From Octopus bimaculoides (taxonomy: Eukaryota), in contig NC_068992.1 in the NCBI RefSeq assembly GCF_001194135.2, positions 67,317,372 to 67,381,371 of the forward strand: a DNA stretch of 64,000 nt. Reading direction: 5' to 3'. This document shows positions 52,900 to 64,000 of this stretch, piece after piece (within the stretch, counting starts at the first letter, position 1; every line of letters starts with the position of its first letter). The notes beneath the pieces were generated by a model. The model had not been told where the DNA came from. It did no database searches and saw only the letters and a list, made by a program, of their open reading frames with translations. Both the position numbers and the translations under genes were made by a program.

Positions 52900-54095
52900 C
52901 AAGGGGAGATAGTCCAAGCACTTGCATTCATTTACATCCAGAGACAACGGGAACTCAATTTCCCTGTGGAGTTTTCTCTGGAGACTTCGTGACCTCCGAG
53001 ATAAAACACCTAGCATCAAGTGGACTGTTATCGAAAGGGTGCCACTATATTTACCCTCACCCCTAATTGTCAGCTGCATATCATCTTCCAGCCCGCAGTA
53101 TCCATCAACAAGAAATATGAGGTATCGTAACGCTGTCAACAAAGACACCCCCCCTCTGATAAATATAAGCCACTGGCCGCCGACAAGCCTGATATACTTG
53201 TTTAGTACCATCCACCCCTAGCACCACATGCACCAAGGTAAACGTCACAAATTAACCCCCATGAAAACAGTACCGGAATTCACCACCAATCTCCTACATT
53301 TCTCCATGCCTGTCAACCTGCTTACTCTCACCCCATGTACATCACTCCTTGTGCATGACGACACGAGTACATGTGTGCGCGCTTCTGTGCGTGACACTGC
53401 ATGTGTATCTGTTTACCATTTGCATACGTTTATGCGCAGGCGCACGCGCTTACATACATATGCAACCGTACGTGTACATGTATGTACACGTGCACACTTG
53501 TCTGTACTTGTGTGCATATGTACATGAAGATATGTGTGCATATGTACGTGTATGTGTGTGTATATATACATGAATATAAAGGTGTGCACGCGTCCGTTCG
53601 TGTGTGCGTGTGTGTATGTGGGTGCGCGCATTTGTGTACGTGTAAGTGTATGTCCTTGTGTGTGTATCTGTGTGTCTTTGCGTGTGAGTGTGTGTCTCCG
53701 TGTGTATCTGTGCGTGTTTGTGTATGTGTGTGCGCTCGGATGTGTGAATGTACATCTAAGCACATTACACACTCGTATATGTACAGATGCATACACCCAA
53801 ATATATGAACATTTACATGTACATATATACACATATACCGGCTCATCTAACTCCCTTTTCCTCCAGTCACACGGCCGATTTCCTGTCCACCACGTGGTCA
53901 ATTTCCTATAAGGCATGCGGTAGTTTCCAAATAATTGTCGCTGAAATAGCAACACCAAACTGTTATACCGAGTGACCTTTCTCCACTAGTCGCAGGTTAA
54001 CGTCTAGTAGTAATCATTGACTCTCTTCAATCGAACTCTCATTCAGACTCCAATGGCTGAAGACTCACCACAAGGTTGAAACCAAGGAGTCAGTG
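52900..54095 (+). mobile_element. Penelope-like 3' end (GIY-YIG C-terminus) plus probable pLTR interrupted by a degenerate RY tract
   Basis: HSFTSRDNGNSISLW..LRDLRDKTPSIKWTVIERVPLY..NCQLHIIFQPAVSINKK parallels 31450-31620. A hammerhead-like motif lies at 54052-54094. Confidence 0.65.
53340..53830. repeat. About 490-bp degenerate alternating purine-pyrimidine (CA/TG/CG/TA) tract
   Basis: Direct sequence. Confidence 0.9.
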
Positions 54096-54164
54096 TACCA
54101 ACGGGTCTGAATCAAACGCTTGGTCCCTGGGTGTCAATCGAAGGACAGTGCACTCTGAGGACAT

Positions 54165-54365
54165 ATAGCGAGAATAATAAAACTCACACATCCAGTCAAC
54201 ATCATGGTGTTTGGAGTGATCACTAGTGATGTCGATATTATGCCTCCATTCATCTTCCCACACGGCCTCACATTCAACACGGATGACTACATCAATTGCC
54301 TGGAGGAGGTAGTATTGCCCTGGGTCTAGAGGATGGCTGTTGGGGGATCTTGAATCTGGCAGCAA
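54165..54365 (+). mobile_element. Tc1/mariner (maT/DD37D-like) transposase middle fragment
   Basis: HPVNIMVFGVITSDVDIMPPFIFPHGLTFNTDDYINCLEEVVLPWV..IWQQ. Probably the same family as 62112-62690 (inference). Confidence 0.8.
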
Positions 54366-54379
54366 GGCTGCATGCACAC

Positions 54380-54771
54380 CTGCAATGGTTTTCTCAGCTC
54401 TGCTGGTTGTAGGTCTCCCAGAACGTTCGTCAGTATCGACATTTTTCGGCTATGTTTGAAACGTCAGAACCACTCGTATACTTATGTACGGCTCATACAC
54501 TCCTCTCCATACACTTTCTGCAACTTTGTGCAGGCATCTGAGCTGAGCTCGCCATGACAACCTTCTCAATCATGATCAATGCGGCGATCACATGCAACAC
54601 TCACCTTCTTTTCAAGCCCTACTGTAAACAGCGGAAGTGAACTAGAACGTTAAAAATGTGTGCGCATGAACAGCAGAGTTCAAGATCAATCAGTGGGAAG
54701 CGGATTCACTCTGCGTGATTTAGCTACGTTTCTATGGCAACAGCCAGGATACTTATTGATCAGACCTCGTA
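54380..54771 (-). mobile_element. Mariner element 5' end with TIR and HTH-coding start
   Basis: TIR TA|CGAGGTCTGATCAATAAGTATCC (reverse complement of 54747-54771); KLQKVYGEECMSRT*VYEWF*RFK..DTDERSGRPT. Confidence 0.88.
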
Positions 54772-55256
54772 TGTTTACGACTCATATTTCTCGTCTGTTT
54801 AACACATATCAGAATAAAATCATTACTCCTATTGCTTTTTGCCTTATTCAAAAATTTTATTGAAATATCCTGCCATGATGAATTAAAATTCTATTGTTTT
54901 CGTCCATGTGTGGTTATCACGTATGCACCTCTTAGTATGCATCTACACATGTCAGCTTCAGTATCACCCAAGCAAATCACTGTGACTGTAATGTTCACTA
55001 AATTTCTCAGATAGTTATATACACAAGTAAAGTTCTATTTCTCACGAAAATCATTGGCATATCGGTGGGTGAGAAAACTTCGACAGTTTTTCTATTGTTT
55101 ATAAAATAGCAAAATATTTAAAAACTATTTCAGTATACAGTACACTGAAATATTCTTGGTCTCGTTTGAAAGTCACTCTTTAATCATCACATGTAACGTC
55201 TATGAAAATAATGGTGAACAAGTAATTTAACGATTTTTTAATGGAAACGTACTTAC

Positions 55257-55353
55257 AGAAATATCAAGCCACGTAACATTTACACATCGATATGTTTTAC
55301 TATTTGAATTTCGGAAATATCTATTCATTTGGTTTTTTGTATTACCAGCATTT
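55257..55353 (-). CDS. Candidate 97-nt exon (xNAGNTKNQMNRYFRNSNSKTYRCVNVTWLDIS), unidentified
   Basis: Acceptor tttcctttaccttcaag, donor TCT|gtaagt; only one of three frames is open. It could also be non-coding. Confidence 0.35.
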
Positions 55354-56542
55354 CTTGAAGGTAAAGGAAATTCAAAAGATCCAAAATATCAATATCAGAA
55401 CAATCGGTTTGAACATACAAAAATTGCAATTCAAACAGGAATGGAGATATATCCATAAGGCAACGAGTGTCTTCATGAAATTATACAGATATTATTGTAT
55501 ATGTGTTCTTATTATTTGTAAGAGAAACTCGCCTGGAGCGGATGCGTAGGGTTTTTTTTTTTTTTTTTTTTTTGGCAAATGCAGTTCGACAGCAATGATA
55601 TGTCATAAGTCTATGACGATTGTTTAGAAATGTTCCCAGTTAAGACTATTTAGAAGAACCTTTTTCAAATGTTTATATTGCCTTAACAGATAATTTACAA
55701 AAGACAACGGTGGGTGTGATTAAAGAATTTCTGTGTGTTATCCTCAGGGTTAATTAAAACTTCTATTTATTATCCTTAGGATTTATTTAAAAAGTTTTCT
55801 GCGTAATGGTTGTGAAAGCGCAACACTTTTCTATAACATTTGAATGATAGATTCATATAACATGTTGCATTCGATGGTATTCTCAATTAAAGACCAAAGA
55901 TATGCTGCTATATACCTAAGACTTCATGTTATGGTGCTTTGCACTACAGTATACTCCTCTTTATGTTTACATACGACCATTTTATTTATATAAGCCGAGT
56001 AAATATTCTTCTCTATGTATATGGTATTTGTGATTGATTGCGTTTAAGAGTCTGAAGTCATGCCGAATAAAGTTTCATCAGAAAAGCCAACTTAAGCTTT
56101 AGCTGAAATGTCTTAGGTGTATCAAAAATATCTAAGATATTTCTCGTCATATAGAACTATGTTAAATAAGGCTTCGCTTAATACAACATAACACAAAGCT
56201 GCCTTAACAAAATTTTCAGTATATTTCACAGCTGACATCAAAGTTATTCCCTGTAAAGGAATTTAAAACTAAAGAATCTATCGAGGCAGATTAAATCATT
56301 GTGTTCATCTTCTTATCACGGAGGACCACCTATGTTCATTCGGATTAAGATCTTTTCTGATACTGGTATCAACCAGTTAAGGATTATAATGATTTAAATA
56401 AAAAAGACAAATAAAAAATTAAATACATGCGAAATGCTTATAGATTTACCCCCAACAGTATGTATATTATACACGATAGCATTTTCAAAACAAAATGCAA
56501 TGCTTATTGTGTGTGTATGTGCCTGTGTGTATAAATATATGC

Positions 56543-56576
<34 letters not shown>

Positions 56577-58357
56577 TTGTATGCCTGGATGTCTGTGTGT
56601 GTACCTAGTAAATGATCACATGAGATATGGTGTGCATGCTGAAGTGTGATGATGCTGTGCATTCAATGTATGGTGATGAGAGTGTTTCTGAAGATAAGTG
56701 TGAATGCAGTGGGGGATGGGCGAGTACATATTATTTGGTGAAATATGTATTTGGTGGTGTGAGAGAGAGGCATCATGGCGTCAGTGGGTGTTTCATGGTT
56801 AAAAGTAGTGACGTTAATAAAAATGTGTGCAGTAATAGAGGCTTCGTACTCAAGAAAAACAAGAAGAAGCACATCTCCTCTGTGTACATGAATGATATTT
56901 CATTGTCACCTTTAAATTAGGAGGTATTGATTATTATAATTGTGCAGCTCTTGACATAATGAAGGCATTAAGTATTAACAAACAGAGCTAAATCCTATAT
57001 AATATTCACGTTGTAAAGTGACATTGGTGTCAGCTATGTATTCTAAATAAGGGACATGGGAGTTTTAAATTCACAAGATCAATATCAATATACTTCCCAG
57101 AAAAAAAAAAACAATTTTAAGAATATTATTGCCTTTTGCGGTGGAATGAACACATATCATATAAATATGAATATAGCGATGAAGAGCATCACACATTTGA
57201 GTAACCGTACAAGATATAACACAGAATACACATTACATCGAATGTAATAACAGAAAAAGTTTAAACATATAATTTAAACGGAAAATCATACACGGGAAAT
57301 ATCCATGGTTGTCAGGAAAGAGAACACTGACTGCGTCTTAGTTTTCCTTCAATAGAAAATTGTTGATGGTGATGGTGCAGCTGGTTAGTATTCTGGGAGA
57401 TTGGGGTTGTTACTTTTGTCGTTACGGAGATATCCCTCTGTGTCCTCCAATCGCTTCTGTTTCTGTTCCCTGTTTTTGTGCATAATATTCATACCGGACA
57501 AAATATTCACTGATTGCATTTCCTGCCATTCACTGACAATCACATCGACGTCTTTTCTGTGAACTCTACTGGGAACACTTCGAGGTTCAAGAGGATTAGA
57601 ATGTGCATTAATTATTCCTCACCTCATATCTTCGTGATTTCAGGTGTGACTTCTTGGCCTTATTGTCGACAAACTAATACCAACCTCATTCAGGCTTGAA
57701 CCGATGCTCGCATTTTTCTACCTAAATACTTTGGCACACGTATATAGGAAATTGTATGACATGTCTTCTGAGATGTTTACTTGCTTGCTATTCATTCCTA
57801 TTACGCATATAGATACATACAATTGGCTCCGACAATTTGAGGTGCTCTTACAAACCAGGATCAATGCTAATTGTAATCATTGTTTCGTTTGTATGAGTCT
57901 ATGAGTCTCTAGAGACATATTTAATTTCTCTCTCCCACTCCATAATAAGGTGTCTTCGAAGAATACTGAATCGCTTCGTTACATACTGACCCCATTTTTT
58001 GGTGTAATCACCTTTGACCAATTTAGAAGTGACGTTAGCCAAAAGTGACAATTAAGAAATCTGTCTTGACAGCTACTTCAATCAATAAGCTTTCTCTGTA
58101 TAATGTCATTAACGCTAATTAAATTAGTCTGTTTTTGTTTCATTATAACAATTTTCTTCTCCTATGTCTATGTTATGAAAAAACGATTTTTTAAAAGTTT
58201 TGATGAACGCGTCAGCTTTTACAGTCGTTTCCATTTTCTGCATGTTGGCGGGCGGTGTGGGGGGCGCATCGTTGTGTTGTGGTAGAAATCTTTATATACA
58301 AATATAAAAGAGAAAATCAAAATATTAAAAGTTCCAACTTGCTTATTTATTTTCAAG

Positions 58358-58497
58358 AAAATATGCCCCAACGTTGCTCGGAAGATTCTGCTTTGTATAA
58401 TACAAATGCGAGAAAAATGTTATTTGATAATACAATATCGAAATTCTACCAGTTACCAAGAGCCGACAAGAAACGGGGTTCAAGAGTGCTACAACAA
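58358..58497 (+). CDS. Candidate 140-nt exon (ENMPQRCSEDSALYNTNARKMLF..RVLQQ), unidentified
   Basis: Acceptor ttgcttatttattttcaag, open frame, donor CAA|gtaaaa. No homology recognised. Confidence 0.2.
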
Positions 58498-58521
58498 GTA
58501 AAAGTACTATTACTATTATTA

Positions 58522-58556
<35 letters not shown>

Positions 58557-58558
<2 letters not shown>

Positions 58559-58780
58559 GTGAGCGAGCAGGCACGATTGTTAGCGCATTGGACGAAATAC
58601 TTAGCGCTATTTTGCCTGTTACTATGTTCTGAGGTAAAAGTCTGCCTGGGTCGACTTTGCGTTTCATCCTTTCGGGGTCGATAAATTAAGTACCAGTGAA
58701 ACACTAGGGTCGATGAAATTGACAATCCCCCTCCCCCGAATTTCAGGCCTTGTGCCTATAGTATAAAGTATTATTATTAT
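58557..58780 (+). mobile_element. tRNA-type SINE between (TTA)n arrays
   Basis: gagcgagcaggcacgattgttagcgc..gtcgactttgcgtttcatcctttcggggtcgataaattaagtaccag..ccttgtgcctatagta. Confidence 0.88.
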
Positions 58781-58842
58781 GGAACTGCAACCACAGTACC
58801 ATGTCTACGTTTCACCAATTATCTTCTATCTTGTGAACTTAC

Positions 58843-59498
58843 AGAATTGTCAGTTCGTTCTCTACGCCCTAAAATACTGCTGCTACCAGCAAAGATATGC
58901 TCACTTCTAGTGGCCCCTCTGCTACATTCATTTTGACAAGCTTCTAACCGAGATATGTCCAAATTAACCCTAATTTCTCTCTTTCGATGGTTGTTGTGGC
59001 GTTTTCTTTGTCTAGTTCTTCTGTTGCGAACCGTTCCTCCCCGGCTGTACCAAAGTGTCTCCCACGGGCAACATAAGTTTTTGAGTCTTAAACCTGTCTC
59101 GAGCACTCTTAGGTCTGGGTCTGCGTCGCTCGAACCAGTCTCCTTGTCTTTAATGTTATACATATATATAATAAATAGAAACATTTCTAAATCGGTCAAA
59201 GAGAGGCATTCGGTAACAGTTCTTTAAAGACTATTTGCCAACATATTGTGGTTGTCCTGGGAGGGACGATTGTCGCTGTTGTTTAACCATAGGTAATATC
59301 GTTTCCAGCTGGTAATACGACACATTATCTGTATCCATATGTGCCAGTCGTGGTAATGGTAGTGATAGTGGTGGATACTGTATTTGTGGCATTTGAAAAT
59401 ATATCTCGCTCGTCACTGCTTCTGCTGTTGTTGATGCTTTCGTTGTTTCCGCTGCTGCTGATGCGTTTGCATCATTTCACGACGGCGTCGCCTCGTCG
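58843..59498 (-). other. Candidate large GC-richer exon (5' UTR or first coding exon) of a minus-strand gene
   Basis: Acceptor ttttatattgtgttcaag, donor TCT|gtaagt. Contains CAG/CAA-rich tracts, CpGs and an open frame of over 110 codons reaching the donor. Confidence 0.4.
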
Positions 59499-59839
59499 CT
59501 TGAACACAATATAAAAGCGATTATTCCAACAATTGTCAATTCCCGCGATTTCGGAAGCCATATTTGATATATTTGTTTTAAGATATTACATTTGCAAATA
59601 TAAATCTCAAAATTCGCTCTTTAAGGCGAATTCTCTCAGGAGCAACTCGCCTCACTTGTAACGAAATGGATTATTTAGTTAAAAGTTCAACAAAACTTGG
59701 AATAGCAACTTGTAAAACAACAAGTTTTAAAGAAAATTTACGAGTCACGAATTGTTATTATTATTATTATCATTATCACACGAAAGGATGAGTCTCCTCT
59801 CGTATGACGATGATGATGATTATAATAATATAATAATAA

Positions 59840-60055
59840 TCCTTTCTACTAGGAGCACAAAGCACGACATTTTAGGGGATGAATCCACTCGGTTGGATCG
59901 AGCCAAGTTGGCAACTCGTACTTATTTTATCGACCCAGAAAAGATGAAAGGCGAAGTCGACCTCGGTTGAATTTGAATACAAAACGCAGTGACGGGCGAA
60001 ATGCTGCCAAGCATTTCGTTCAGCGCGCTAACGATTCGGCCAACTCACTGTCTTG
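59840..60055 (-). mobile_element. tRNA-type SINE between (AAT)n arrays
   Basis: Reverse complement is collinear with 58557-58780. Confidence 0.85.
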
Positions 60056-60090
<35 letters not shown>

Positions 60091-60091
<1 letters not shown>

Positions 60092-60860
60092 GAAACTGAT
60101 GACGGGTATCATATCAAGCACCATATTTAAGTACCTCGATGAGAACGATGTATTACCAGTGGAGCAAAAAGGGTTTAGACATGAGAGCAGAGGAACGAAG
60201 GATTAATAACTAATCGATAAGGCTATCCTGGCTGATTGCAAGAAGAGACACACAAATTTGGAGTTGGCATGGGTGGACTACTGGGAAGCATATGACATGG
60301 TCCCACACTGGTGGATTATTGAATGCCTTAAACTGCTCAAAGTCGGACATATGACCGTGAACCTAATGCAAAACACAATGACGACGAGGCGAACTGAACT
60401 CCCAACATGGGGAGATAAGCTGGGGGTGGTAAATATTAAAAGAGGAATTTTTCCAGGGGATAATCTCTCCTGTTTGTTGTCTATATACTGCCACTAACGA
60501 GCGTTTTATGAAAGATGCGTGTGGGGTGCATACTAGGCAGGGAGAAAGTAAACAACCTGCGGTTTACGGAGGATCTAAAAGATATTCGCTAAGACTGAGA
60601 AAGAAATTGAGAGTTTGACGGCAACTGTACAGATGATTAACAAAGATATTGGTATGGAATTTGAGATCGAGAAATATGGTGTAATGATTCCCAAAAGTGA
60701 GAAAATCAGTAACAGTCATGGGATCAAGAAGGAAAGTGGTGAAACTATAAAGGAAGCCGGAGAGAAAGGATATAACTACCTGGGTATCATTGAAAGAAAC
60801 AAGATGAATGAACACAAGATGAAAGTAATGGACAGGAAAGACTATTTGAGAACTCAGCTG
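60091..60860 (+). mobile_element. R4/Dong-clade RT core fragment starting directly after (AAT)n
   Basis: WKLMTGIISSTIFKYLDENDVLPVEQKGFR..GTKD..IDKAILADCKKRHTNLELAWVDYWEAYDMVPHWWIIECL..IKRGIFPGD..NLRFTEDLK..KDIGMEFEIEK..YNYLGI. Confidence 0.93.
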
Positions 60861-61649
60861 CTGCTACACATATTTACACACGCATCACAAACAATATATA
60901 ATAAGCTTACTTTCTTTCGGTAATCCTGATACGGTATTTCCTCTCACTGCTTATAATTTAGAAATAACTACTAACGTTATTTTTTTTAGATGTCCTCCTG
61001 TCAGCGATACAGTTTACACATTTATCTATTCCTCACGTTACCCAATATCTGGTAAATGATGCAATCAGATATTTATTGTCGATTCTGGAACTTAGAATCT
61101 TCGCAATTTATTCGTAATTGTTCTTAGATAGAAATGGATTGTATTAAGTGTAGTGAAGCTACACTACCGTCGGTAGTTGTTATGTAGTCGGGTGTATTGT
61201 GAAATCAATTTCCCTGGTTTTTTTTTGTTTTTTTTTGCCCTTCATCCGCTGTTAGTTTATATAACACTAATGTGGCGTTGTTGCAATCACCTTTAACCAC
61301 TTCTATCCTAATTATATCATGAACATACTTATTATCGAAATCATAATATTATCACACTAGTAATTATGTATTCATATTTATTATCGACAATATTTTCATG
61401 TTTTAGTATGTCGACAAATAGTTGACTTTCAGATCAAAGTATCTCAATATATATATTTATCATTTACGTTAATTTGTTCTGATATGCAAGATACAAACCA
61501 TTCGATGGTTTATTTTGGGTGGTAGTAAATTAGCTATATAAGATGTATGCCTATATCTGCTCTAATTTTACAGATAACTTCATCAGCAACCTGCAGCTAA
61601 AATATTGTATAAGTGGAAGATGCACATATTATATTAAAGGAGTGACTGT

Positions 61650-61712
<63 letters not shown>

Positions 61713-62053
61713 AGGTATTACTAAGAAATAATTTGAACACATCCTTTAAAAATAAAAATCAAATTAAATTTCCGTAATAAATCTTACATTATACGGATAG
61801 ATGCAGAGATATGGCAAATTATAAAATATTTCAAAGTAGGTTTTCCGTGACAGAAGTTAATGAACCTGAGCGAACATTCGGTATAGGTGGTGTACGTGAT
61901 TAAAGCGCGAGTAACATGATTTATGACCGGAGGTGATGATTAATGACATAAACGTTAGCAATAACATATACATCATATGTGTGTCCTTCTTATATATGAA
62001 GAGTGACATGTAAACTTATAAATATTTCATACACATATTATGCACTATATCAG

Positions 62054-62102
<49 letters not shown>

Positions 62103-62111
62103 CTATATATT

Positions 62112-62690
62112 CAGCGTGCGATGGGTGAATTGGCGTCATTTAATATTTTAAATTTCACGCATGCGCAACATGTGTTTTTGCTTTTGTCGACTACACAGTA
62201 TAGAAGGGTCAGTTGGTCACCGTCTGTGAGAAAATACAACACAATGACACAATTCTGTCAGGAATTTGGACACATGTTGTACTGCTTGGCGCCGAAATAA
62301 TCTCCAATACGAATATTTTAAAGTGTTTGGGTGTCAATCTGATGACACTGCAGAGGATTCGAAAAGAGTTGAATGAGTCTAATGGGGATTGCAAAAGTAC
62401 GGCAGCTCGAAAAACTCATTCTGACAACTGTGATAAGGAAAGACTCCTGAATTTGTTGGGGAGATCCAGGCCATGATTGACAACGATCCTTCCAAGTTAA
62501 TCAGGTCTATCGTTAGGGATATGGGACTTTCAGGCTGGTAGTTCATTAAGATATTTGGTATTCCTCGTAGAAGATGAGAAATAGTCAATCTTTATCGCAA
62601 GCCGTCCAGGAAAAATGGAAAGACCGCACTACGAAGCTTTTGAACAAACTCAATCATTCCTCCCATCCGAACATGCTTTAATTTCTCTCA
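62112..62690 (+). mobile_element. Tc1/mariner (maT-like) 5' half with left TIR
   Basis: cagcgtgcgatgggtgaattggcgtcatttaatatt..cacgcatgcgca; SNTNILKCLGVNLMTLQRIRKELNESNGD..EIQAMIDNDPSK..KLLNKL..FSDE (first catalytic Asp). Confidence 0.85.
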
Positions 62691-62917
62691 GACGAAGCAG
62701 CTGTCAGAGGAATAGTGGAGAGGAGGGTAGGCAGATGAAGAGAGGAGGGGAGCTGAGCCCATGTGATGCAAAGGAGTTTGTTGGGGAAGATGTGCGAAGT
62801 GAAGGGGCCGGACTGGAGTCACCGGAAGGCTCGGAGAATAGATATTTACGCATATATATATTCACATATATATATATACATATATACATATTCATATACA
62901 CATATATATATGTGTAT

Positions 62918-62959
<42 letters not shown>

Positions 62960-62983
62960 NNNNNNNNNNATTTTTGTGTATAT

Positions 62984-63017
<34 letters not shown>

Positions 63018-63429
63018 TTGGATTGTCCGCTGATTAGCACGTCAAAATTCCAAAGCACGTACAATTGGTTTGTGAGGAATTCTCTGGTGCAAGTTATTTA
63101 ATTGCATGACACGAATCATCATGCATTCTTTATAAGTTTGCTGCCGATATTTTTATGCGTCCTACGGGCTATCATTGCAGCACTTTAATTAGTGTTATTC
63201 TACAAAAGCAAGTAAATTGCAATTAAAGTAAAATATTTGAATAATACTTGGTAACCATCTAAATCAATAAATGCCAATACATTTGGAAACGAGTGGATTC
63301 TTTTCCAATTCATTTGAAATAATATTCACATAGTATTCTATCCTTGTAGAAAGAAACTTAAACACCATCGAATGTTTTCCAGCAATAAATGCTATTTTAA
63401 AGCCAGAAATGTAAAATCATGAAGGAGAA

Positions 63430-63520
63430 AACTATTCAGTTTGCGTGCGAAGACCCCTGGTTCAATTCCTGGTACTTACATAGGAACTGATGGCTGTAAA
63501 ATAGGGGTCGGGAAGAGTAG
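63430..63520 (+). mobile_element. Possible tRNA-derived SINE head fragment
   Basis: B-box-like ggttcaattcc at about 63459; no cloverleaf can be completed. Confidence 0.3.
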
Positions 63521-63949
63521 CTGACATTAATTTATCATCAAGCAGAACTTAACTGTCAATTCGCAATGGTTTTAATTCTAAGGGAATGTAGCCTATTTGC
63601 TGCATTGGGCTTTTTGAATGTGATAATTATAAAGATGAATGTAGCTATGTCACCGTTCCTCCTTCTTGAGCCCGTCCATTATTTCTTCTGCCAATCTCAA
63701 TTAAAGCAGGCTTTGAGTATTTTTTCTCTAAATACATTCTGCTAGAATAATAACAAAAATAAGCAATGTTATTATTTTAGTGTCTCGAGCTGAGGAAGAA
63801 TTTGCAAAACAGTATAATGCAGGGTCCTGTATGTTGGAAATATGTATGGTCTTACGCGTCCGAGGAGAGTGTTTTATTTCAAATTGATCCTTGTAAATGA
63901 AGCGTTCTTATATATTTAAAATATATATCTATGTATATATGTATATATG

Positions 63950-64000
<51 letters not shown>

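Noticed and set aside
54605-54621. 17-nt minus-strand micro-exon with strong splice sites
   Set aside because: It lies in the 5' region of the mariner element at 54380-54771.
55553-55573. Poly-T as a retrocopy tail
   Set aside because: No adjacent recognisable retrocopy, polyadenylation signal or TSD.
63430-63480. tRNA gene
   Set aside because: Only a B-box/T-arm-like motif; no acceptor stem or D-arm can be formed.

Overview
AT-rich eukaryotic genomic DNA, not prokaryotic: I see no operons, rRNA, CRISPR array or intact tRNA gene. The SINE repertoire and the dense (TA)n/(CA)n/(TAA)n/(GA)n microsatellites match my memory of coleoid cephalopod (Octopus) DNA. That assignment is inference, not a database result. 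The window is mostly intronic or intergenic and full of decayed transposons: at least seven R4/Dong-clade RLE-LINE fragments, CR1-type and RTE LINE fragments, five Penelope-like (GIY-YIG) fragments or pLTRs, several tRNA-type SINEs, five Tc1/mariner pieces and a 254-bp hairpin MITE. There are eight N gaps (12023-12191, 17615-17756, 18304-18398, 28440-28778, 33729-33989, 34731-34898, 48938-49137, 62960-62969). No complete protein-coding gene is supportable, and almost all supplied ORFs are microsatellite translations or transposon remnants. The most notable observations are: (1) an 881-bp TA-flanked DD41D mariner-like foldback whose two arms each contain the transposase C-terminus; (2) a minimal type I hammerhead ribozyme fold at 35269-35317, plus weaker hammerhead-like motifs next to Penelope fragments; (3) a MAM-domain-like 150-nt exon with a locally duplicated, deleted copy; (4) a MITE with a (TTAGGG)2 core sitting in (TA)n; (5) R4/Dong copies and SINEs sharing (TAA)n arrays; (6) a few candidate minus-strand exons of an unidentified host gene.
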